Source of the DNA: a virus
Reading direction: 5' to 3' (one strand)
Virus record (IMG/VR): IMGVR_UViG_3300025919_000136
Location: 1 to 64,000 of that record
Length of the DNA stretch: 64,000 nucleotides
The translations under genes and the position numbers were made by a program. Of the stretch, positions 1-8,721 are shown one piece after another (within the stretch, counting starts at the first letter, position 1; every line of letters starts with the position of its first letter). The notes under the pieces were generated by a model. It saw nothing but the letters and a program-made list of their open reading frames with translations, searched no databases and was not told where the DNA came from.

Positions 1-1008
1 ATGAGCGCACCAGCTATTAACATTATTGGTGGGGATCAAGCAATTGTACGCTTCCTGCCCGAATCTACGGACCTAGGAGTATACCCGTTCTCCAGCATGC
101 CCAATCCATCGACAGGGCCTGGAGGCACGCCGCAGTTAATGGGCATCACGCGGGTGCCGCAGAAAGACCGTCAGCGGAGCAACAAGAAGCTGTTCTCTGC
201 CGGTTCTCCATTCGGTATCGCCAACGTTCGTGGCGTGCGGGCGTACATGGTGAACGTAGAGATCAATATTGCGAACCTCGCAGTGTTGGCTTACTGCGTT
301 CGCAACGGATACAATAACAGCGTCCAGACTACCGGCTATAAAGGTCTGCCCGACTTATGTTTGTTCATCGACTACGTAGATACCTACGGTGAAGGCAACG
401 GCTATTCCTGGATGATCCGCTATGCCAAGTGCGATACAGGCTCCATCTCCATCCAGATGAATGGGCCGGAAATCACCGCTCAACTTCGCTTCATTGGCAT
501 CGCGGAGTATCCGAATGGTTCTCCACTTTCGATGACGATGGCTCAGTTAGATACCGCCATCCGCACCTTCGGTGAAGCCCTGACATACCACCACTTAGTG
601 TCGCTCACAGTGGGCAGCGACCTCCGCCCAATCCTGAGCGGTATCAACTATCAGTTCAACAACAACGTTCACGGATCGCAAGCTGCGCGGCCATCTTCTG
701 GGAGCGATGCTCGCCTATGGAACACGCACTACTCGCTGAAGCCTGGGAACCTGAATGCTTCCGCAGACTTGTCCTTGGATAGTGATATTCCAGCTGCGCT
801 GGCCACAAGTGCTTTCACTTCGGACGCGTGGGGCGACATCATCGCTACCATCAATAACTACGGTACGGGCGGGGCCAAGCAACAAGTAATTACCTTGACG
901 GACGCACTGCTAGGCACCGACTCCGCTGGCGGCGGAGACTCTGGCCAGGATATACCGTTCTCTGCTAACGTGACCGGCGATGCACTGGTAATTGCGAATA
1001 CGTACTAG
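1..1008 (+). CDS. Probable major tail (tube) protein
   Basis: 335-aa ORF directly upstream of a frameshifting chaperone pair and tape measure; call is from synteny. Confidence 0.6.
   Translation: MSAPAINIIGGDQAIVRFLPESTDLGVYPFSSMPNPSTGPGGTPQLMGITRVPQKDRQRSNKKLFSAGSPFGIANVRGVRAYMVNVEINIANLAVLAYCVRNGYNNSVQTTGYKGLPDLCLFIDYVDTYGEGNGYSWMIRYAKCDTGSISIQMNGPEITAQLRFIGIAEYPNGSPLSMTMAQLDTAIRTFGEALTYHHLVSLTVGSDLRPILSGINYQFNNNVHGSQAARPSSGSDARLWNTHYSLKPGNLNASADLSLDSDIPAALATSAFTSDAWGDIIATINNYGTGGAKQQVITLTDALLGTDSAGGGDSGQDIPFSANVTGDALVIANTY
689..714 (-). repeat. 28-bp dispersed element copy (intragenic)
   Basis: ggccatcttctgggagcgatgctcgc, read as RPSSGSDAR. Confidence 0.75.
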
Positions 1009-1019
1009 TAGTTTAGAAA

Positions 1020-1112
1020 GCCAATCTTCTGGGAGAGATGCTCCGCGTTCTTGGCTGTAAGCAACCTTGGTTCGCTAGCAGTGTGTGCGGAGATCTCTCC
1101 CAGAAGAGGGCC
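1020..1112. repeat. Inverted pair of the 28-bp element, GCGG ends facing (1020-1047 -, 1087-1112 +)
   Basis: gccaatcttctgggagagatgctccgcg and gcggagatctctcccagaagagggcc. Confidence 0.9.
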
Positions 1113-1141
1113 ATAAAATCCACCGAGAAAAGAGTACCAAG

Positions 1142-1699
1142 ATGACTGATGTATCCGAGAAGATGGCCGAAGCCGCAGCGAACGATCCCGAGAGCCAAGC
1201 CTACCTAGAGCGCAAGGCCCGCGAAGCTGAACAACAGCAAACCAAGTCCGTTGTCGGTGATACCAAGCGGTTGAAGTTCACTTCGGTAAACGGCAAGCAG
1301 ATGAAGTACACCACGCGCCCCTCGCAGCGCAATCAAGATACCTACGAACTTGCCATCCACCTGGAACCTGGGTTCGCCGTGGCCATCGATGCGTTGGATG
1401 ACATCCCGCTGAAGGAACGTACTCGCGAACTCCAGCGCATCCAGGCAGAAGGTCGCGACCTAGCCAAAAGCGAAGATCTTGCCGCAGCGTATACCAGGGC
1501 CGACGAACTCGCCGATGAGGAAAAGGCCCTCTACGTAGAGGTCATTCGATCGCAATGCAAAGGCTGGACCAACCTAGAACCGTTCGACATCGAGGCATTG
1601 CTGGCGGATCTGAACGTGATTGGCCGCACTACACTCGGGGACGAAATCATTGGTTCTTCCTCGACCGGTCGTCCGGGCACCGTTCCGCTAAAAAACTGA
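1142..1699 (+). CDS. Tail assembly chaperone (G-like)
   Basis: Acidic helical ORF between tail tube and tape measure, ending CTA AAA AAC TGA. Confidence 0.75.
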   Translation: MTDVSEKMAEAAANDPESQAYLERKAREAEQQQTKSVVGDTKRLKFTSVNGKQMKYTTRPSQRNQDTYELAIHLEPGFAVAIDALDDIPLKERTRELQRIQAEGRDLAKSEDLAAAYTRADELADEEKALYVEVIRSQCKGWTNLEPFDIEALLADLNVIGRTTLGDEIIGSSSTGRPGTVPLKN

Positions 1700-1950
1700 C
1701 CTACCGGGTCGTTGAACAGGGTGAACCGGCACTCCAGAAACTTGGTCGTGGAGAGACTCAAGCTGATATAGACCTACTGAAAGACTTCCTGTGGTCCTTA
1801 GGCTCACCGGAAGTCTTTTGTTTAGATGAAATGACACGAGATAACCAACTCCGTCTACGTGAACTGGCAGTTTCCTGGCATTTGAACCAAGCACATATCA
1901 TGTTCGACATCAGGAAACTTCTACTCAAGTTGCTGAATAAGCCTGTCTAA
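1690..1950 (+). CDS. -1 frameshift extension of the tail chaperone (GT-like)
   Basis: Slippery heptamer A AAA AAC at 1690-1696; the -1 frame (ORF 1555-1950) stays open to 1950. Confidence 0.75.
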   Translation, partial: KKLTYRVVEQGEPALQKLGRGETQADIDLLKDFLWSLGSPEVFCLDEMTRDNQLRLRELAVSWHLNQAHIMFDIRKLLLKLLNKPV

Positions 1951-1977
1951 CCACTACTACCGCTACCGCTACCGCTA

Positions 1978-3786
1978 ATGGCTTGGTTTAACAACGTAGC
2001 TTCCATCCGCACCAGAGCCCGCATCTCTAGCCATGGGGTGGGCGGTACCATCTCCGGCAATGCACTCGGCGGCGCTATTGCGGCACGCGCCCGCTTAGGT
2101 GCCCATCCCAGCTTGATGTTAGGCGGCAATCCAGAGACAGCCTTAGGCAGCGTAGTGCAGATGTCGGTGTTGGCGTTGGGTCTGTTCGGCACTGCACTAG
2201 GTAGCATTGTGCTCACCGTCCACAAAGTCGAACGGGCGATGAGCGAGTTCTCCAGCAATATCCAAACCCTATCCAATAACACTGGTATGGGGTACGGACA
2301 ATCTATTGGCGTACAGGGTCGCTTCGGGGCGTTCGGCATGAATGCGGCGGAGATGTTCTCTGGGACGGAGAACATGCCGATGTTCTTCCGCGCCAAGGCC
2401 CAAGGCTATGGTCTGCCAGGATATGAGGATCCCAACTTCATCTCTCGGTTAGCGGAGCGCTATCAGGCTCAGGCCCGCCAAGGTCCCACTGGGCTGCTCA
2501 TGGCGCGGACCATGTTGCAGAACCTAGGGCTGGATTCACCGGAAATGCTGAACACGGTGAACCTCTCTCCCAGAAGAATCCGCGAACAACAGCAGTTCCA
2601 GAACCGGATGCAAGGTGCGTTCGGATTGGACCCAGCTGCTATACGCCGTTGGGCGGAGGAGTTTCCGCTGCTTCAAGCCAGAGTGGGGTCATTCTTCCAA
2701 TTGCTCTGGGTGAAGATTGGTACGTTGGTCAGCCCCTATATTCTGGGAGCGCTCAACCTTGCCACCAATTTGATGGAACGGTTCGGCGGTACGATCGGTA
2801 AGGGTCTTCAGAAAGGCGCGGAGATCGGTACCTACTGGATAGGCAAGGTGCTTGGTCTGTTCTATGTGTACGGTCCGATGGCTTTCCTTGCAGTAGAGTC
2901 CGCAGCCTTGAAGATGCTCTCCGTGGTAGGTCATATTGCTATCTCCATCGCGGCGCTATATAAGAACACGATAGGAAGATTCACTCCAGGCATATTAGGG
3001 GATATGGCCTCCAAAGTACCTCAGGCTCTAGGCGACGCTTCTTTAGGTGCGCAGGCAGTAACAGATTGGGTAACTGGACACGTGGCCGCACCTATGGAAG
3101 ACCACTTCATAGTTGACAGCGCCCACGGTATCGGAGCCTCGGCTACCACTCGGCGAAACACTCCCGCTGCAGTGAAGCATCGTGCTGCGAATACGGTGCA
3201 CCACCATATCAAGGCTAGCCACATGGGCTTGGGCGGCTGGATTGATGATACCTTAAACCCGTTCATAGCTCACGGTATAGATAACCTGAAGTTCTTCCTC
3301 CGTCCAATGCCAGGCCATCACTATGGACTAGATGATCTGAAGGAAGGTGCACACTACGTTGGCGGTGGTATGGGTAGCCATACACAATACGTTCAGAAGC
3401 GTTCCGCCGACATCCAACGCCAGCACCAAGCCATCCAAGCATGGAAGGCTAGCGGCGCTAACCCACGCAATCGACCGGTCACGCCCGACATTCCGGCGGA
3501 GCAAGGCGGCTATCAGGGGCCAGAAGATAGCAACTTCATCACTGCCTTCACCGACCCGAAGATCTCCGAAATCGATAAGCAAATCGCCCAAATCAACACC
3601 GGTCAACGCCAGCAGGAGTGGGACAAAATATGGGGCGATATGTTGAAAGAGATTAAGGGTCTTCGCCAAGACATTGACGAGAAATCTGGGGCCGTTGGCT
3701 TCCCTGAGTTCCGTGCGCTGATGAAACTACTTGGCCGAGAGATGGGTTCGGACATTCTGCGAACCTCGTATAAAGGCGGTGGGTAG
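1978..3786 (+). CDS. Tape measure protein
   Basis: 602 aa, Ala/Gly-rich with hydrophobic helices, follows the chaperone pair. Confidence 0.7.
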   Translation: MAWFNNVASIRTRARISSHGVGGTISGNALGGAIAARARLGAHPSLMLGGNPETALGSVVQMSVLALGLFGTALGSIVLTVHKVERAMSEFSSNIQTLSNNTGMGYGQSIGVQGRFGAFGMNAAEMFSGTENMPMFFRAKAQGYGLPGYEDPNFISRLAERYQAQARQGPTGLLMARTMLQNLGLDSPEMLNTVNLSPRRIREQQQFQNRMQGAFGLDPAAIRRWAEEFPLLQARVGSFFQLLWVKIGTLVSPYILGALNLATNLMERFGGTIGKGLQKGAEIGTYWIGKVLGLFYVYGPMAFLAVESAALKMLSVVGHIAISIAALYKNTIGRFTPGILGDMASKVPQALGDASLGAQAVTDWVTGHVAAPMEDHFIVDSAHGIGASATTRRNTPAAVKHRAANTVHHHIKASHMGLGGWIDDTLNPFIAHGIDNLKFFLRPMPGHHYGLDDLKEGAHYVGGGMGSHTQYVQKRSADIQRQHQAIQAWKASGANPRNRPVTPDIPAEQGGYQGPEDSNFITAFTDPKISEIDKQIAQINTGQRQQEWDKIWGDMLKEIKGLRQDIDEKSGAVGFPEFRALMKLLGREMGSDILRTSYKGGG

Positions 3787-3804
3787 CCCTGGCGGGCAGT
3801 CAGT

Positions 3805-5685
3805 ATGGGAAGCTTCGATAAGCCCATCATCGGTGGCAAGCAATACTATCGCGTGACGGCGAATGCGCTGCCAGCCACGGACAGCAAGTGGGCGGGGCTA
3901 TATGCACCAACCATTACCAACATGAACGATGGGGATTGGTTCCTCTTCCCTTCAGGCGGCGAAAATAACTACGACGGTTTCTATACACACTTCGACACCT
4001 TCACGATAGACCTGCTATCGATCCCCACTACGATTAGTACCTTCGTGCCCAACGTCCACAACCCTGCAGGTTATGTGGTGACAGTTGGGCCAGCCACCTT
4101 CAGTATTGCTATCGATGCGACTGGATTCAACTTACCACTACTGGGATTGCTCTACTTCAAGTACGGTGGAATTCTTTACAGAGCCTACGTACAATTCTAC
4201 AAGTTCTTCTTCGGACGCGGAGTTGACTTCCACTTCGTAGTACTGTCTGGTAGTGCGATGGACCGTAGGATCACGATCGATTTCGTGACAGACCCGGATA
4301 GTGTACACCAAGCCACCACGGTAGACTGGCAGCTGATTGGCACGGACGGCAGCGTCACACACTTAGGTAACAATAAGCTGCTGGATGTGAACCTGACACC
4401 CTCTCAGTCTGGAGTGTATAACCACTATACCATATCGTCTGGTTTTGGATTCCCGGTCGCCCCGTACATCCAAGCAGTATGTAATAATGCCTTGAATGAA
4501 GGCCCTGGACAACTTCTCCCACCTACGTTCGGCCTCAACTACTTCGTTCCCGTTGCGAAGCTGAAGGTGGATAATGGCACAAACCTAGGTTCCGGCAACT
4601 GGAGCGTGCCGGACACACTCGCTATCCTGGACGCGTCTGATTCGTTCGACCCGGACGGGACCATCGTGAACTATCACTGGATGATTGGTTCTCCCGTCCA
4701 GAAGACGTACGACACCACAAATCCCGTTCTTCCGTTGGACTTCGATGAAGGCTTCAAATCACTAATCCAAGTGCAGGTGACCGACAACGAAGGCTTCCAA
4801 GCTACCAGCCCGTTTATCTCACTCCAGGTGGGTATTCGTGCGCGACTACTATACAACAAGCACCTGCGCGCCCTACATTACTTCTACGCGGATGCCTCGA
4901 TGAACGTGCTATGCGCGAGCAGCCTGAATCTGACCAGCTTCGATATAGCTTCGGCTGTCAAGACCTATTTTCTAGGACACGGAGTTAGCTCCTTGGCAGC
5001 CTTCATGATAGGCTCCATGCCTGTCGTGGCATACTCGACTTCGGACTATGGGATTCGCTTGTGCTACTCGAAGGACCACGGAGCCTCGTTCACGAATGTT
5101 GCCCTCTTCCCCAGCGCTATCCTTCGCGGAGGACTTTACAACGAGCATACCCGCTCCCTGTTCATGCTTGGGGTATCGGTGACTGGTGGGCCTATTCGCC
5201 GCTTCTGCGCTCGGTACAACGGTATGAACTGGACTACTGATGATATCACTGATATCCCATCGCTGCCCTCGACAGGCGTGGCGAATTGGCATCTTTTCTG
5301 GAGAGGATCCACGCTCACAGTTGTAGTGGAGCATGACGCTGTAGTTGAAATGTACGCTTCCACCGATGATGGCTATACCTTCACCCTACAGCACTCCATC
5401 GAGGGTGGCTATAGCCCGATGAGCGCCAGGTGGGATCAGCACACACTATCTGCCTTCATCCTGTCCAGAAAAACGGGCGCTGAAGTTTACCGCATCGTGG
5501 CCCGTACTAATGGCGCTGGCATATGGGACCACGATGATATAGCCACGGTAGACGGCCTAGTGGCCGACTCTACGGGACTTGCCCACGAGCTAGGCCAAGG
5601 GTCCGTCTATGCGATCTCACGCGCTGGCGCTGTGCTGAACGCAGTTATTAGTACCGACGAAGCATATAGCTATAGTGGTATCTAA
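3805..5685 (+). CDS. Tail protein with PKD domain and Asp-box (BNR) repeats
   Basis: DASDSFDPDGTIVNYHW...VTDNEG (PKD); SKDHGASF, STDDGYTF, STDEAYSY (Asp-boxes). Confidence 0.7.
   Translation: MGSFDKPIIGGKQYYRVTANALPATDSKWAGLYAPTITNMNDGDWFLFPSGGENNYDGFYTHFDTFTIDLLSIPTTISTFVPNVHNPAGYVVTVGPATFSIAIDATGFNLPLLGLLYFKYGGILYRAYVQFYKFFFGRGVDFHFVVLSGSAMDRRITIDFVTDPDSVHQATTVDWQLIGTDGSVTHLGNNKLLDVNLTPSQSGVYNHYTISSGFGFPVAPYIQAVCNNALNEGPGQLLPPTFGLNYFVPVAKLKVDNGTNLGSGNWSVPDTLAILDASDSFDPDGTIVNYHWMIGSPVQKTYDTTNPVLPLDFDEGFKSLIQVQVTDNEGFQATSPFISLQVGIRARLLYNKHLRALHYFYADASMNVLCASSLNLTSFDIASAVKTYFLGHGVSSLAAFMIGSMPVVAYSTSDYGIRLCYSKDHGASFTNVALFPSAILRGGLYNEHTRSLFMLGVSVTGGPIRRFCARYNGMNWTTDDITDIPSLPSTGVANWHLFWRGSTLTVVVEHDAVVEMYASTDDGYTFTLQHSIEGGYSPMSARWDQHTLSAFILSRKTGAEVYRIVARTNGAGIWDHDDIATVDGLVADSTGLAHELGQGSVYAISRAGAVLNAVISTDEAYSYSGI
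5288..5314 (-). repeat. Degenerate 28-bp element copy (intragenic)
   Basis: ggcatcttttctggagaggatccacgc. Confidence 0.5.
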
Positions 5686-5688
5686 ATA

Positions 5689-8379
5689 ATGCCCTACAAC
5701 CAAGCTACCGAAAACCGAATACGCGTCTACAATGCGAACTCCATCCCGAACTTGGACCGCAACTCCTACGCACATGCGGTGGACCTCACCAGCGTAATGG
5801 GCCGCAACTTCGGACAGAGCGCGGACAACCAGAACGTAGGCATGGGTTTGGCCGGCATTGGCAACACGCCCAATACCTGGTACGGACAGCCACAGTTCAA
5901 CGCGAATGAACTTTCATGGTTCCGACTGGGTCCGGATGGCACCTTCTACCAGGGTATGGATTCGCTCGGCCATACCAACGAACTTGGGCTCCAAGGCTTC
6001 ATGCTGGTGCGGCGGGAGTTACCGTACAACTGCCAGATCATCCCGGCTAAGGCGGGGGATGCGCTCCCGATAGGTAGCCTGGGCTTCAATGCGATGCATT
6101 GGATCCCTACGACCGGACTTACCCTACCAAATGGACAGAGCGCATGGAAAACGGTGGGGTCTTCTACTTCTCCGCTGGCTACGCGTATTGCGCACCTAGT
6201 GCAAGCGCCCAACCAACGTGTAATTGCTACATCGGCGGAGGCTGCTCCAGCGGACCTAAGTTTTATGGTCCCGATCGACTTCATGGGGATTGCAGAGGGA
6301 CACTTAGTCCCGCCCTACCTTCGCTATACATGGGCGAACGGGAAGTATGCCATTACCTTCATGCACAATCACTATCCGGTGATTGAGCGCTGGACCAATG
6401 ACCCGGCCTGGAACAACGGCGTACCATCGTTGGCTCCTTGGCGAACGCTCTCCGCAACGGCCAAGATTCGTATGGACGGGCCGAAGGCCCACAGCCATAT
6501 GGTGCTCATCGTACGGCAAGTTGGCGGTATGCTGGTCGTAGACTTGGACTTCGGCGACTTCTGCTACCGCGAATGGATTGCGGACATCGTGACACCTACG
6601 CTCTCTGCGGACAGCCCATGGGGCTCTCCCGGCAGCCAGGATATCCGCATCAGGGACATCTCGTGGGACAGTGGAGTGTACTCCGTGGAACTTTACGGAG
6701 CGCTAGCTACGGTTGGCTACGCCGCTATCGTGTACCGAGATGTACTCGTCCCAGGACACGAGGCAACCGGACTGTCAGGGACCTTCGAACAGTATATAGC
6801 TACTACCTATGCCCCACCTTCTGGGAGCGCTACGGGTGGCGGCTACGCGGCTGGTTGGATTCGCAAGAACACCAACGTAGATGTTCAAAGCACCTGGACC
6901 ACGGCCAACAAAGGCGGACTGCTCCACACTCGTGTCACGCTGAAGGCCGACGATCCGGAATATGTAGGCGCGGCTCCAGGAGTGCATAGCCCTGTCGTGT
7001 ACAGATACGTGACTAGCGCCACCAATCTACTCACGCCGGGAGGCCCTCCATACCTAGAGCTCCAGCAGTTCCTGAAGGGGTCGGGCAGCATCCAGTCCGG
7101 TGAAGAGGATGCCGTAATGGCGGAGGCCGACTTCACCCTCGACCGTGATCGGATGCAGGACACGCCTGGATATAGCGGTTGGCAAAGCTACTTGCAAGAT
7201 CGACATCTGGTTACGTGGGAGCAGCGCTGGACGGACTCAGCCCAATCGGTAGGCCCGTTCACGGAACTCTTCCGTGGTTACATTGCATATACTGACAACA
7301 CCACTGGATCCGAACCATTTGAGTTTGATGCCACAGTCCACATGCAGGACATGCTCATGTGGCTGAGCGAAGGCTACGCCGTTGTAGATGAACGCTACTT
7401 GCCGTTGGATTTCCTAGTGATGCAATCCGGCGAGCCGCTCTACGGTACGGCTGGATTCCGCTATATGATTCAAATGGTCTTCGGGCAGGACGAAGCGGAC
7501 AAAGTCAACGGTGGGCCGGACAATGACCTACGCTGGTTCTCTGCAGGACACGCAGCCCTCATCGACGGCATCAACGACCAGAACGGTATCGTCCCTTCGC
7601 TGACCACGCTCCAACTTCAACCGGCTACGCGCAGCGGATTCAAGTACCCACCGCCACGCGGAGATAGCGTACTCTCATGGGCAAACACCATCCGCGAACA
7701 AGATCGGGCGGTTATCATCTATGGCATCCCTCCGGGCCAGACCACGCGGTGCTTCATGTATGGGCGGCTGGACCTTATCGAGGCGGAGCGGGCTGCCCAA
7801 CCCCTGATCGAACTATTCGACACGAACTATACCACCGCTTCTATAGATGGGCTGCTAGGCGAGATGTCTACGCATACCTTGCCGGGCACATCCTACAACG
7901 TAATCGAAATCATCTGGGGTGGTGGGGTGAAGGCCAGTCAGTTGGGTATCCTACCCCCAGCCTTCGTAGTATCGGCCCGGTTACCAGACACCGACCCATA
8001 CAACTCCCCAGCTTTGACCGGCGAGCGTAAGCTAATCATGCAGCTGGAGTGGGTCACGGATCGACGCATGGCGCAGGAAATTGCGGACTACACGGTGAGC
8101 CTGTTCGCCAATACCCGCCACGAGACGATTCAGTTAAACGCCCTACGCGGCGTGCAAGGGACGGACTTTGGCAGGCTCTGCGCCCCACGGTTGAACGGTA
8201 CCTACTCGGATACTACGATCAACCTGAACGCATATGCGAGTGGAAGTAGCCCGCAACCTGACAGCGAGTTGCTAATCATGCACTACCGACACGACTTCGC
8301 CTTCGATGGCGACAGTCCCGACCGCGCGTTCACAACTAATCTTACGTGTCGCTTCAAAACAAGAGTAGCGGGAGCATAA
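5689..8379 (+). CDS. Large tail tip / baseplate hub-like protein
   Basis: 896-aa beta-rich ORF in the tail operon; function from position only. Confidence 0.55.
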   Translation: MPYNQATENRIRVYNANSIPNLDRNSYAHAVDLTSVMGRNFGQSADNQNVGMGLAGIGNTPNTWYGQPQFNANELSWFRLGPDGTFYQGMDSLGHTNELGLQGFMLVRRELPYNCQIIPAKAGDALPIGSLGFNAMHWIPTTGLTLPNGQSAWKTVGSSTSPLATRIAHLVQAPNQRVIATSAEAAPADLSFMVPIDFMGIAEGHLVPPYLRYTWANGKYAITFMHNHYPVIERWTNDPAWNNGVPSLAPWRTLSATAKIRMDGPKAHSHMVLIVRQVGGMLVVDLDFGDFCYREWIADIVTPTLSADSPWGSPGSQDIRIRDISWDSGVYSVELYGALATVGYAAIVYRDVLVPGHEATGLSGTFEQYIATTYAPPSGSATGGGYAAGWIRKNTNVDVQSTWTTANKGGLLHTRVTLKADDPEYVGAAPGVHSPVVYRYVTSATNLLTPGGPPYLELQQFLKGSGSIQSGEEDAVMAEADFTLDRDRMQDTPGYSGWQSYLQDRHLVTWEQRWTDSAQSVGPFTELFRGYIAYTDNTTGSEPFEFDATVHMQDMLMWLSEGYAVVDERYLPLDFLVMQSGEPLYGTAGFRYMIQMVFGQDEADKVNGGPDNDLRWFSAGHAALIDGINDQNGIVPSLTTLQLQPATRSGFKYPPPRGDSVLSWANTIREQDRAVIIYGIPPGQTTRCFMYGRLDLIEAERAAQPLIELFDTNYTTASIDGLLGEMSTHTLPGTSYNVIEIIWGGGVKASQLGILPPAFVVSARLPDTDPYNSPALTGERKLIMQLEWVTDRRMAQEIADYTVSLFANTRHETIQLNALRGVQGTDFGRLCAPRLNGTYSDTTINLNAYASGSSPQPDSELLIMHYRHDFAFDGDSPDRAFTTNLTCRFKTRVAGA

Positions 8380-8412
8380 TTCACCGATGTATATGTTTGT
8401 ACGAGGTATATA

Positions 8413-8634
8413 ATGGCTGAAGTCACTCCTCATCAATGGCAAGAACGACTACGCAACATGGCCGTGCGTAAGTCCGTAGATCAGTCCATCAAACTTGGAC
8501 CGCTGCGAGAAGCCACCCTAGCTGGTTCAACTCCGCCGACAGTAGGCTCCAGCGGCATGTTCCAACAAGACGGCAGCTTCGTAAGCTGGATGCGTTGCGG
8601 AGATCTGCCTGGGTCTGCTAAGCCGCTTATATGA
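8413..8634 (+). CDS. Small tail-associated protein
   Basis: 73 aa, GAGG ribosome-binding site upstream. Confidence 0.55.
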   Translation: MAEVTPHQWQERLRNMAVRKSVDQSIKLGPLREATLAGSTPPTVGSSGMFQQDGSFVSWMRCGDLPGSAKPLI

Positions 8635-8648
8635 ATACTAATTGCTAA

Positions 8649-8699
8649 CGCGAAGGACTCTCTCCAGAAGATGGCCGCTCTTCTGGGACAGGTCTCCGC
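8649..8699. repeat. Inverted doublet of the 28-bp element sharing GGCC
   Basis: cgcgaaggactctctccagaagatGGCCgctcttctgggacaggtctccgc, intergenic. Confidence 0.9.
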
Positions 8700-8721
8700 C
8701 TAACTCGTATAGGATACCACC

